Positions 7,713 to 16,056 of a DNA stretch of 64,000 nucleotides are shown here, piece after piece. Within the stretch, counting starts at the first letter, position 1, and every line of letters starts with the position of its first letter. The position numbers were made by a program, and so were the translations under genes. Source of the stretch: an uncultured Candidatus Saccharibacteria bacterium (GTDB taxonomy: Bacteria; Patescibacteriota; Saccharimonadia; Saccharimonadales; Saccharimonadaceae); contig CAZIEB010000001.1 of assembly GCA_964538665.1 (NCBI GenBank), positions 7,031 to 71,030 on the forward strand, given 5' to 3'. Under the pieces are notes generated by a model that saw only the letters and a list, made by a program, of their open reading frames with translations, was not told where the DNA came from and searched no databases.

Positions 7713-8711
7713 GTGCTACTACTGAGTTTATTGACGCTCACGATAGGTGTGCACAGCGATACCGCTCATGCAGCCACCCCACCAGACTCCTGCTTTGCAT
7801 TCAACGCCGGTACTGGCACCATCACTGACTACTACAATAACGAAGCTAACAACCCCGCCAACCCAGCGTGTACTAGAGACGTGGATATCCCGAGCACGAT
7901 CGGTGGCACGCCAGTCACAGTCATCGGTAACGCGGGCTATCCAGGTGCCTTTACAAGTAAAAACCTCACCAGCGTCACCATCCCGTCGAGTGTGACGAGT
8001 ATTGGCTTCGGTGCCTTCGCAGTCCAGAGTCAATGGGGTGGAGATCTCGACATTGGCACCAACGGTGCGCCCTATTTCTGGTCAAATGACCCAGCCGAAG
8101 TCCAAGCAGCCTACGACAGCATCTGGTATGTCCGCCTCTACACCGAAGACCCCACGAACCCAAACGGGCTGACTAACAGCATCATGGATGAAGATTGGTG
8201 GTGGGGTGACGACGCCAACGCTAACGGCCTCAACGACTCCCTGGGCGGTCACCTTATCAACCCCGCTAGCGTCGAGCTCCAATACTTCAATGCCAGCAAC
8301 ACGAGCCTACAAGCCTCCCAAACCTTCACCGGCCTGCTTAGCGGCAACCACTTGACTAACTACATGGTCACCCAAGGCCCAGTCGTGTCTATCCCTGCAG
8401 ATCCTGAGAACCCAACCCCGACCGAGCAAACAGCTATCAACGAAGCTCTCTCCGCCTACTACCGCATCGGTGACGAAGTCACCATTACTCCCCCTGCGAT
8501 TGATGGCTACATCACGCCAGAGGTGCAGACCTTTGTACTCGGTGCTGCCGACAATACGTTCAGTTACGTTTATACACTGCCTGCTGGTACATCAACTCCA
8601 TCGACAACTGGCGGCGGGTTGGCGGCGACTGGTGCGTCACTGTTTGTGTATGTCGCCGGTGCTGCGATGATGAGTATACTTGGCGCCGCCATGCTAGTAC
8701 TTAGACGATAA
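7713..8711 (+). CDS. Cell-surface protein with BspA-type leucine-rich repeats and an LAxTG sorting signal
   Basis: IPSTIGGTPVTVIGNAGYPGAFTSKNLTSVTIPSSVTSIGFGAFA resembles LRR_5/BspA repeats. The C-terminus has LAATG, a hydrophobic helix and RR. The start is uncertain (GTG 7713; see the finding on the uORF and frameshift). Confidence 0.6.
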   Translation: MLLLSLLTLTIGVHSDTAHAATPPDSCFAFNAGTGTITDYYNNEANNPANPACTRDVDIPSTIGGTPVTVIGNAGYPGAFTSKNLTSVTIPSSVTSIGFGAFAVQSQWGGDLDIGTNGAPYFWSNDPAEVQAAYDSIWYVRLYTEDPTNPNGLTNSIMDEDWWWGDDANANGLNDSLGGHLINPASVELQYFNASNTSLQASQTFTGLLSGNHLTNYMVTQGPVVSIPADPENPTPTEQTAINEALSAYYRIGDEVTITPPAIDGYITPEVQTFVLGAADNTFSYVYTLPAGTSTPSTTGGGLAATGASLFVYVAGAAMMSILGAAMLVLRR

Positions 8712-8986
8712 GACACATCAGGGTAAGTTTACCCAGTCGATACAGAGCATCAAGTTGCATAATTGATAACATCTTATAACTATTGCATAGTTAGAAATAT
8801 CTCATAAAAATGATATAATATATCACGAACCTTTACAATTTTACCTACTTGCTTAACGAGAACGGCATTGAGCGTATAACTACAGTTGTATCTTCCATGC
8901 CATTCTCTCGCATCTGCCTGAGATCGTTGATGCACACTCGGTGTATCGATGAGCCTATACGGCAACGTCATGAGAGGAGTAGCCGC

Positions 8987-9376
8987 ATGGCAACAGAAGA
9001 AGAGTTGTACAGTCTCCATACTCGTCAAAACGAAGTTTGGCGACGAATCAAGTCGGGGAGTTTGTCTATCGAAAATGCTCTTGAGGAAACTCAGGGCATT
9101 CTCGACAGGAAATACCCAAGCAAGGTCGCGCCTGTCACGTGGGAAGTTTCTCCCCAGGAGCAGCTTCTACGTATGTGGAATCTCAACGAAGCCCGGGGCT
9201 GGGGATTCACCTGGCGGGACTTTGCAGATCTTGAGTTCTTGTTAGCTACTATCCGGGAAGGGGAGCAGCCCTTGCTGTGCGTCTACCCGCCCAACGATGA
9301 GGGGCGGCACTCGGTCTCAGAGACGTTCGACGAATTCTGGGGGCTTGTGGCTATGGCAATCGACACAGCAGGCTAG
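8987..9376 (+). CDS. Hypothetical protein
   Basis: ATG 8987 preceded by GAGAGGAG. 129 aa, acidic and Trp-rich. Somewhat more GC-rich than the AT-rich upstream spacer. Confidence 0.45.
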   Translation: MATEEELYSLHTRQNEVWRRIKSGSLSIENALEETQGILDRKYPSKVAPVTWEVSPQEQLLRMWNLNEARGWGFTWRDFADLEFLLATIREGEQPLLCVYPPNDEGRHSVSETFDEFWGLVAMAIDTAG

Positions 9377-9941
9377 CGATGAATCAGCGCAATCGCAGTC
9401 GGCAACTGAGCAGCCTGCGGCACAAAATCAACCATCGGTATTTGATGCGCTACCGACAGGTGATACGTCATTTGTTGCGACCATGACCGGCCAGGCGGAG
9501 CGCGAGTTTGCGGCAGAACTACTCTATGACGGCAAAGGTAATTCTGCGTATACGGTTGACTATGGTGGCGGCGACGGCGAGATGACAATGTATCGTTTTG
9601 GGAGCGAACACATATCATGCTATGCCAACGGATGTTTCCGATTGCCTGATACTGACGGTGACGGCAATGCGAGCGAAGTGAAATATGACTGGAATACAGA
9701 TGAAGTAGCCGACTTTGCACGCTCGGCGCGATATGACGGTCGCGCTGATTGTGGTGGCGACACGTGCGACAAGTGGAATGTATCGACAGATGAGTTTAGT
9801 GGCTCGTTTTATCTCAATGATGCACGCCAAATCAAACGAGTCGAAGGCGCACAATCAGGAGTGAGCTGGCGGATGGATTATCGCTATGAACCAGTGACAA
9901 TCGAGCGACCGCAAAACGTGATTGATTCTCCACTGCTGTAG
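9297..9941 (+). CDS. Hypothetical Cys-rich exported-type protein, N-terminus uncertain or truncated
   Basis: The ORF overlaps the previous gene by 80 nt. The first ATG clear of the overlap is 9483. A low-complexity linker (SDESAQSQSATEQPAAQNQ) has no signal peptide before it. DTDGDGN and several Cys pairs are present. Confidence 0.4.
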   Translation: MRGGTRSQRRSTNSGGLWLWQSTQQASDESAQSQSATEQPAAQNQPSVFDALPTGDTSFVATMTGQAEREFAAELLYDGKGNSAYTVDYGGGDGEMTMYRFGSEHISCYANGCFRLPDTDGDGNASEVKYDWNTDEVADFARSARYDGRADCGGDTCDKWNVSTDEFSGSFYLNDARQIKRVEGAQSGVSWRMDYRYEPVTIERPQNVIDSPLL

Positions 9942-10008
9942 CCGCGCTATTCTACAAGTGTTGCAACTGGGCGTATAATAAAAGAGTAGCGCTAACCAAG
10001 GAGGATCT

Positions 10009-10407
10009 ATGCAAGGATTTCACGATAATATTGAGCAGTTAACAAAAGATAATTCTGCATTTCGAAAAGTACTGTACACGGGCAAAAATACGCAACTTGT
10101 GCTTATGAGCTTAAAACCCGGCGAAGAGATTGGAGCTGAGGTGCATGAAGAAAATGATCAGTTCTTCCGATTTGATGCAGGTGCGGGACGGGTCGTCATA
10201 GATGGCAATGAATACGAGGTTGCTGACGGTAGTGCTGTTATCGTACCGGCTGGCGCAAATCACAATGTCATCAATACTTCGGCAACAGAAGATTTGAAGC
10301 TGTATACACTATATTCACCGCCGCATCACAAAGATGGCATCTTGCGGCAAACCAAACAGGAAGCTGAAGCCAACGAAGAAGACTTCGATGGCGTGACGAC
10401 GGAATAA
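10009..10407 (+). CDS. Cupin-domain protein
   Basis: AAGGAGG RBS. GAEVHEENDQFFRF...G...VIVPAGANHNVINT gives the cupin motifs G(X)5HxH...E and PxGxxHxxxN. Confidence 0.8.
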   Translation: MQGFHDNIEQLTKDNSAFRKVLYTGKNTQLVLMSLKPGEEIGAEVHEENDQFFRFDAGAGRVVIDGNEYEVADGSAVIVPAGANHNVINTSATEDLKLYTLYSPPHHKDGILRQTKQEAEANEEDFDGVTTE

Positions 10408-10434
10408 TCATGGAACAGGCGCAGCAAAAAGGGG

Positions 10435-10545
10435 ATGATCGGAAAATGGGTCGCCCTGTCGCTGCTCGTGCTGCTTGGTATGGTGCTGACGGCACTGCTT
10501 GTCGGACAAATTGTAGGGTCACCGATGCTGGCGGCGCGGGTATAG
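10435..10545 (+). CDS. Candidate 36-aa single-TM peptide
   Basis: MIGKWVALSLLVLLGMVLTALLVGQIVGSPMLAARV, preceded by aaaaagggg. Below the ORF-track cut-off. Confidence 0.25.
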   Translation: MIGKWVALSLLVLLGMVLTALLVGQIVGSPMLAARV

Positions 10546-10557
10546 AATAGGTAGCAT

Positions 10558-11298
10558 ATGAGCGAGAACAAAACGAAACCAACGACCGTCAGTGTCGAGA
10601 GCTTTCTCGGTACACTTAGCCAGCAGCGAGCCGAAGAGGCTCGGGTATTGCTGCCAATCATGCAAGAAATTTCTGGTGATGAACCGAAAATGTGGGGTCC
10701 GAGTATTATTGGGTTTGGCTCGGTGCATTATACGTACGATACCGGTCGCGAAGGCGATATGCCTAGGCTAGGGTTTAGCCCTCGCAAAGCACAACTGACG
10801 ATATATTTCGAAGGATTTGATGCTTACGGCGAGCAGTTGGCTCGTCTCGGCCCGCACAGTCTCGGTGTATCGTGTCTGTACATCAAAAAACTAGAGCTCA
10901 TCAATCTGGATGTGCTACGAGACATGCTGGAACAATCATTTCGCCGTGCGCGAGACGCGACGCACGCGCCTACATCGGTCGATGAATATATTCGCTCGCT
11001 GCCTGTGGCGTCTCGCAATCAGTTTGATGAGCTACGAAAAGTAGTCAAAGGCGTCCTACCTCATGCTGAAGAAGTACTTAGCTATGGGATAATTGGTTAC
11101 AAAATTGACGAAAAACGGCCGAGAGTATTCATCAGTGGCTGGCGTGATCACGTTGCGATGTATCCAATTCCGAAAACTACGACTCTCAAAAATGCACTCA
11201 AGCCATACGTAAAAAGCAAGGGGACGCTATGGTTTGCACTGGGAGAGCCCCTGCCCCGAAACCTCATCAGGGAAGTGGTCACAGAATTGACTGCGTAA
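10558..11298 (+). CDS. Protein with two DUF1801 (YdhG-like) domains
   Basis: The N-terminal half has VESFL...EARVLLPIMQEISGDEPKMWGPSIIGFG. The C-terminal half has VDEYIRSLP...FDELRKVV...EVLSYGIIGYK. Both resemble DUF1801. Confidence 0.6.
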   Translation: MSENKTKPTTVSVESFLGTLSQQRAEEARVLLPIMQEISGDEPKMWGPSIIGFGSVHYTYDTGREGDMPRLGFSPRKAQLTIYFEGFDAYGEQLARLGPHSLGVSCLYIKKLELINLDVLRDMLEQSFRRARDATHAPTSVDEYIRSLPVASRNQFDELRKVVKGVLPHAEEVLSYGIIGYKIDEKRPRVFISGWRDHVAMYPIPKTTTLKNALKPYVKSKGTLWFALGEPLPRNLIREVVTELTA

Positions 11299-11301
11299 AC
11301 C

Positions 11302-11701
11302 TTATCCAAGCAAGGATTTCATCTTGCGCGCAATGAGTTTGGTCGCATAGACGGGGCTGAGTCGATATAGTTTGTACATTGTCTTGGTGTCTTTGCCGAC
11401 AAGTATATGTGGGGTATTGTGCTCGATACCACGTACAATCCTGACTGCAGCGTCATGTGCGCTAAGCAGCGAGAATGATTGCTGATCATGCTGCGCGAGT
11501 TCGGGTGGTGTGACGCCGGAGTTTGCGGTGGGTGAGGCGATCGGCATGGTCCGACACGCGAGATTTGAGCTCATCGAGCATGGGCTGCCTGAGGTCGATT
11601 GCAGCAACTATCGCGCCTCTCTCGAGTAGGACGCGGACAATTTCACTCCCGATACCACCGCCTGCTCCAGTAACAGCAAAGATTTTGTTTTGGATATGCA
11701 T
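11302..11701 (-). pseudogene. Frameshifted and internally deleted SDR gene
   Basis: ORF 11486..11701 gives the Rossmann start MHIQNKIFAVTGAGGGIGSEIVRVLLERGAIVAAIDL. ORF 11302..11607, in another frame, gives an SDR-type C-terminus (...HDAAVRIVRGIEHNTPHILVGKDTKTMYKLYRLSP). Only about 400 nt remain, against roughly 800 expected. Confidence 0.7.
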
Positions 11702-11840
11702 ACTCTAGAGTATAGCAACCGCAAAGTAAGCCACACAAGCACAGTGCTATTGACATAGGGTAAGACCTCTTGTCACCACCGAGCAAGTGTTGTATGCTAA
11801 TGCTTATAAACCTATTAACACAACAAAAGGAAATCAAGAA

Positions 11841-12344
11841 ATGAGAAATAAGCTTCTCGTCGCTGCAGTCGTCCTGGTGGGACTGGCTTCTGTCGCCTAC
11901 GCTGCATTTACGCAGACATTGACTATTAGCGGTACAGGAAACGCCACTGGAGAATGGGATGTCGCAATAACCGGAATAACTCGGACAGCTGCAACAGGTG
12001 CAACTGATGTTTCTGCTCCGACCTTTAACGGTACGTCAGCAACATTTGATGTAAATCTTGCATATCCAGGTGCGACGGCTACCTATGAAATTGAAGTGAC
12101 AAATGACGGCACTATACCCGCTGTTCTCGCAACGATTGATGGGCTTACCCAGGCGAATGCGGCAGCACCTACGTACATTGATTACACATTGACTGGTGTG
12201 ACAGCTGGCTCTACAACATTGGCTGCAAACGGTGGGACAAATACTGTGACGCTGGAGGTCGAATGGGACCTAGCTGATGCAACAAGTAACCCAGCAGCGA
12301 CGAAGACGGCAACAATTACGCTTGACTACGAGCAAGATACGTAG
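11841..12344 (+). CDS. TasA/camelysin-like exported protein with a SipW-type signal peptide
   Basis: ATG 11841 after aaaagga. The signal peptide ends ...LASVAYAAFTQ (compare TasA ...WAAFND). The beta-rich mature part has LAYPGATATYEIEVTNDGTIPAVL. Confidence 0.6.
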   Translation: MRNKLLVAAVVLVGLASVAYAAFTQTLTISGTGNATGEWDVAITGITRTAATGATDVSAPTFNGTSATFDVNLAYPGATATYEIEVTNDGTIPAVLATIDGLTQANAAAPTYIDYTLTGVTAGSTTLAANGGTNTVTLEVEWDLADATSNPAATKTATITLDYEQDT

Positions 12345-12376
12345 GCCATTCAATTAAAGGCTAGAATGGATACACA

Positions 12377-13186
12377 GTGCCTCGATATAGACGATATCCT
12401 TCACTGTTATACCAGTTAGTCGGGTTGATTATCGTACCCCTCGCCCTTGTCAGCGTGGGGTACGCTCTATTTGCTCAAGATCTATCAATTGCAACAACGA
12501 CGCGTAAGCCGTCATATACATCAAACCAGGGTATGATGGTATCCTATGGGCGCACGTTGACGTTCGTTAGTTCCAGTTGGCAATACAATTTAGCACCATT
12601 TACTGTTGCGAATAACGGACCGTTTCCTGTTACATCATGGACGGTGACATTTACCGTGCCTAGTACTACGACCAACATATCCTGTACCGGAGCTGTTTGT
12701 ACTAGAAGCGGTACGACAATGACAGTTACAAATACGACGACGAATGGGAACCTCGCGGTTGGAGCGTCAGTCACACCGACCGTTACTTTCCGACTCACGA
12801 CACAAACCCATTACCTCGATAACATCACGATCTCTGGTGTGCAAGATTTGTATCAGCAGTATAACGGTTTAGGTGTCACCTTCACGAGGGGTACGAGGAC
12901 ACGGTCGGGTCAGTGGTACCGCTGGCCATATACATTTACTGTCACAAATACGTCCGGCACCAATATGAGTTCATGGCGTATCGTGGGACTACCATGGACA
13001 ACTACTAATAACCGAGTTAATACCATGCAGACTACGGTGAATTACGTATCAAGCAACAACGGTCTTACGATTACGAGTAAAAATGCGCTTAACAACGGGT
13101 CGACATTTGTTTTTACGGGTAATTTAGAATCAAGAAATCAAAACTGGGTGCTATCAACACCGGTTGAGATAAAAGGAATTCAATGA
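12377..13186 (+). CDS. Second SipW-type exported protein with two CBM2-like beta-sandwich modules
   Basis: The N-terminus ...LVSVGYALFAQDLSI parallels the first substrate. Two modules have W..x..F/TVxN..G...sW...(T/N)..N..L..G.s pattern. ATGA overlap with the next gene. Confidence 0.5.
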   Translation: MPRYRRYPSLLYQLVGLIIVPLALVSVGYALFAQDLSIATTTRKPSYTSNQGMMVSYGRTLTFVSSSWQYNLAPFTVANNGPFPVTSWTVTFTVPSTTTNISCTGAVCTRSGTTMTVTNTTTNGNLAVGASVTPTVTFRLTTQTHYLDNITISGVQDLYQQYNGLGVTFTRGTRTRSGQWYRWPYTFTVTNTSGTNMSSWRIVGLPWTTTNNRVNTMQTTVNYVSSNNGLTITSKNALNNGSTFVFTGNLESRNQNWVLSTPVEIKGIQ

Positions 13187-14355
13187 AAATTTCCCGATTG
13201 TTTGCTGTCCCGACAAGTCATTGGCTGATTCTCGCAGCGCTAATGAGTATTCCGGCCACTGGCGTAGTCAGCACATATGTCGGTGGTATATCATCATCGC
13301 TTGTGATGTATTGGCTGCAACCGCTGATCGCACTATCAATTGCCGGATTGACAAGGGTGACTATTGGGCCGTCGCGTAATAGAGCTCGTCACTCGACCGA
13401 AAAAACGTATATGGTTGCCGCGGTCATTGCTTTATGGTTTGTGGTGTATTTCTTGTCCGGGCTAATTCTGACGTTTGTAAGGAATTCACTCGTGACTGGG
13501 TTTTGTCCGGTGGCGGCAAATGTCGCGGCGTTTGGTGTGTCGGCGCTTGCTGTCGAATATGTACGATACTTGCTGATGGGGTCTGTGAGTCGGCGGTTGA
13601 TTGTGCCGTTTGGCGTCGTGGTAGCCATTGCGTTTGCATTTGTCATTATGCCGATAAACCAACTGACGAGTGTTACATCAGCCGAAGTAGCCATCAAGGT
13701 CACCACGGCGACAGTCGTGCCGTCAATTGCAAGCAGTTTACTGCTCACCTACTTGGCGGTGGCAGCTGGGTTTGGCAGCATGTTGGTGTATCGACTCGGT
13801 GTTGTGGCAATTGGGCTATTGCCGCCAATAATTCCCAACTATGACTGGTACTTGATAGGAATTTCGTCGTTGATTCTCGTGGTAGCCGTCTATCTCGTGG
13901 TTGACTCGATGCTACAAGAGCAATCGACGCGGACGAACCGTCATTATCGTCTTGTGCAGCGCGCCTCCAACGCTATGTATGTGCTGGTGCTAATCGCAGT
14001 TGTGAGTTTTATGACGGGGGTATTTAGCTACAGGCCAATAGCAATTGTGTCTAACAGCATGCAGCCAGTCTATAGTCGTGGTGCAATGGTGGTGATACAA
14101 CGAGTCGACGAGTCGATGGACATCGAAGTTGGCGATATTGTACAATATCAATCAGAAGGAAAAACAATAACTCACAGGGTGGTGGCAGTTGACGCAGCGA
14201 GCGACGGAAGCGGTAATCGTGTCTACACGACAAAAGGCGACAACAGCCCGAGTCGTGACCCGATCATTAGTCGACAACAAATCGTCGGGGTGGTTCGAGC
14301 ACAAATACCGTATATTGGCTATCCGACCGTATGGCTCAGAGAGGCGGCTCTATAA
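13183..14355 (+). CDS. sipW: SipW-type (ER/archaeal-type S26) signal peptidase fused to a roughly 285-aa polytopic N-terminal domain
   Basis: The C-terminal roughly 105 aa are IVSNSMQPVYSRGAMVV...GDIVQY...ITHRVV...TTKGDNSPSRDP (Ser, His and GDN motifs). The N-terminal part has about 8 predicted TM helices in the same continuous ORF. Confidence 0.8.
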   Translation: MKISRLFAVPTSHWLILAALMSIPATGVVSTYVGGISSSLVMYWLQPLIALSIAGLTRVTIGPSRNRARHSTEKTYMVAAVIALWFVVYFLSGLILTFVRNSLVTGFCPVAANVAAFGVSALAVEYVRYLLMGSVSRRLIVPFGVVVAIAFAFVIMPINQLTSVTSAEVAIKVTTATVVPSIASSLLLTYLAVAAGFGSMLVYRLGVVAIGLLPPIIPNYDWYLIGISSLILVVAVYLVVDSMLQEQSTRTNRHYRLVQRASNAMYVLVLIAVVSFMTGVFSYRPIAIVSNSMQPVYSRGAMVVIQRVDESMDIEVGDIVQYQSEGKTITHRVVAVDAASDGSGNRVYTTKGDNSPSRDPIISRQQIVGVVRAQIPYIGYPTVWLREAAL

Positions 14356-15491
14356 TGGCGCTTGATATTACGCCGGGCGAATCAAAGAGACCACTCGGTG
14401 TCGTAGTGCTCGGTGTTGTTTTGATACTTGTTGGCGGGTATTTTCTGTATGACGCCGAGCGACAAAAATCGTCATTTGTCTACGTGCCGTCGGACTATGA
14501 ATATAGTGTACGTCAATCAGTAAATACAGATGTCAAATATCTTGATAACAGCTTTTTTCCGAATGGTCCTGGGACAAATAATGCTGCGTATGTCAAAGAT
14601 CTTACGGATACTGTTACGGCTGAGTTCTTCTATAACTTTGAGGCAAATGAAGATGCCTCACTTACCTATACCTATGATGTCAAAGCGCGAGTGCTCGGCA
14701 AGCACGCCGACCGCGGCGATGAGTCAAAATCAGTCAATGTCTGGTCGCAGGAATACCAGCTTGTCCAACCAGTGACTCGTACAGAGTCGACCCGTACCGT
14801 GACGATTGAGCCTCGCGTCGAGGTGCCATTTGCACAATATAAAGACACTATCGAGCAGTTTAAGACTGCACTGGCGGTCCCTATCAACAGCGAGATGGTG
14901 GTAGAGACAACCGTTCGTATGGAGGGGACAATTGGCGATATACCATTTGAAGACAAGCGCGTCATGAGTGTGACTGCTCCGCTCGATCAGCAGGCTTATA
15001 CGCTGGCTGTCAAGTACGACAAAGAAGATACAAAACCAGTTGTAGCCGAAGGAGAAAAAGATAACCGAGAGCATTGGCTTCGGTATACGACGATTGGCGC
15101 CGTGGCCGCAATGGTAATCGGTGTTGGGCTTGTCGGGTTTGGATTTAGGAAACAAATATTTAAGACGCCGTATCAACGAGAGCTAGAGCGGATATATCGA
15201 TACCATGATGGCATTATCATCAAAGCTCGCCAGCCTGCTGATATCGACGGTAAACGTATTGTCCCAGTACTTTCGTTTGATGATATGCTTAATCTTGAGG
15301 AAGAGCTCAAGTCACCTATTGTGGCGAGTCCTGCAGGGAGCGAGGCAACTCAGTTTATTATCATCCATGGTGACATCGCCTATTTGTATACCCTTGGCAA
15401 GCTAGTACTCGACGATCAGACATCCGCTGCGGTGCATGACATGTTTGTCGATGATATCGTCACTGCTCCTCGAAAAAAGTCTAAAAAATAA
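14355..15491 (+). CDS. Single-pass membrane protein, DUF5305-like
   Basis: TAATG overlap with the sipW-like gene. One TM near the N-terminus, a large beta-rich ectodomain, a second TM (AVAAMVIGVGLVGFGF) and a cytoplasmic tail. The layout matches my recollection of SipW-linked DUF5305 proteins. Confidence 0.45.
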   Translation: MALDITPGESKRPLGVVVLGVVLILVGGYFLYDAERQKSSFVYVPSDYEYSVRQSVNTDVKYLDNSFFPNGPGTNNAAYVKDLTDTVTAEFFYNFEANEDASLTYTYDVKARVLGKHADRGDESKSVNVWSQEYQLVQPVTRTESTRTVTIEPRVEVPFAQYKDTIEQFKTALAVPINSEMVVETTVRMEGTIGDIPFEDKRVMSVTAPLDQQAYTLAVKYDKEDTKPVVAEGEKDNREHWLRYTTIGAVAAMVIGVGLVGFGFRKQIFKTPYQRELERIYRYHDGIIIKARQPADIDGKRIVPVLSFDDMLNLEEELKSPIVASPAGSEATQFIIIHGDIAYLYTLGKLVLDDQTSAAVHDMFVDDIVTAPRKKSKK

Positions 15492-15509
15492 CAATTACTA
15501 CATACGAAT

Positions 15510-16055
15510 ATGGCATTACAAATCAAAAGACGACGCAGCACCTACGATGCACGAAGAAATATGATACATGTTGCGCGTCGTAAAAACCGTTGGAAACGGA
15601 CACTTATCAGTATCATCGTGGTGGTGCTGCTACTGCTGCTTGCAGGTGCTCTCTATACCTGGTATATGGGCAAGTATTCACCAGAGCCAGTAGCACAGCA
15701 AATCGAAGAACCGGTCGAGAGGCCAAAAACAGCCGATACGCCGGTCGACGAAACCGCAAAAGTAGGGGTTGCAGAGCAAATATTTACCCGTACAGTCACG
15801 CAGGGCGACAATGCATCGTTACAAATAAAAACAAATCGACTGGCGGCCTGTTCGATCACGGTAGAGTATGATAAGCGACTAAGCGAAGATACTGGGCTTG
15901 TCCCGAAAAAGGCTGATGAGTACGGCGTGGTATCGTGGGCATGGACTGTAGAGGTCGACCGTCCTGTGGGACGTTGGCCAGTGACTATCACTTGTGCTAA
16001 CGAAAAAAATTCAGCAGTACATATAGTGTATTTAAACATAGAGAAAAAGGAATAA
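15510..16055 (+). CDS. Membrane-anchored hypothetical protein
   Basis: Basic N-terminus, one TM (LISIIVVVLLLLLAGALY), and a roughly 110-aa beta-rich ectodomain with 2 Cys. Confidence 0.5.
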   Translation: MALQIKRRRSTYDARRNMIHVARRKNRWKRTLISIIVVVLLLLLAGALYTWYMGKYSPEPVAQQIEEPVERPKTADTPVDETAKVGVAEQIFTRTVTQGDNASLQIKTNRLAACSITVEYDKRLSEDTGLVPKKADEYGVVSWAWTVEVDRPVGRWPVTITCANEKNSAVHIVYLNIEKKE

Positions 16056-16056
16056 G

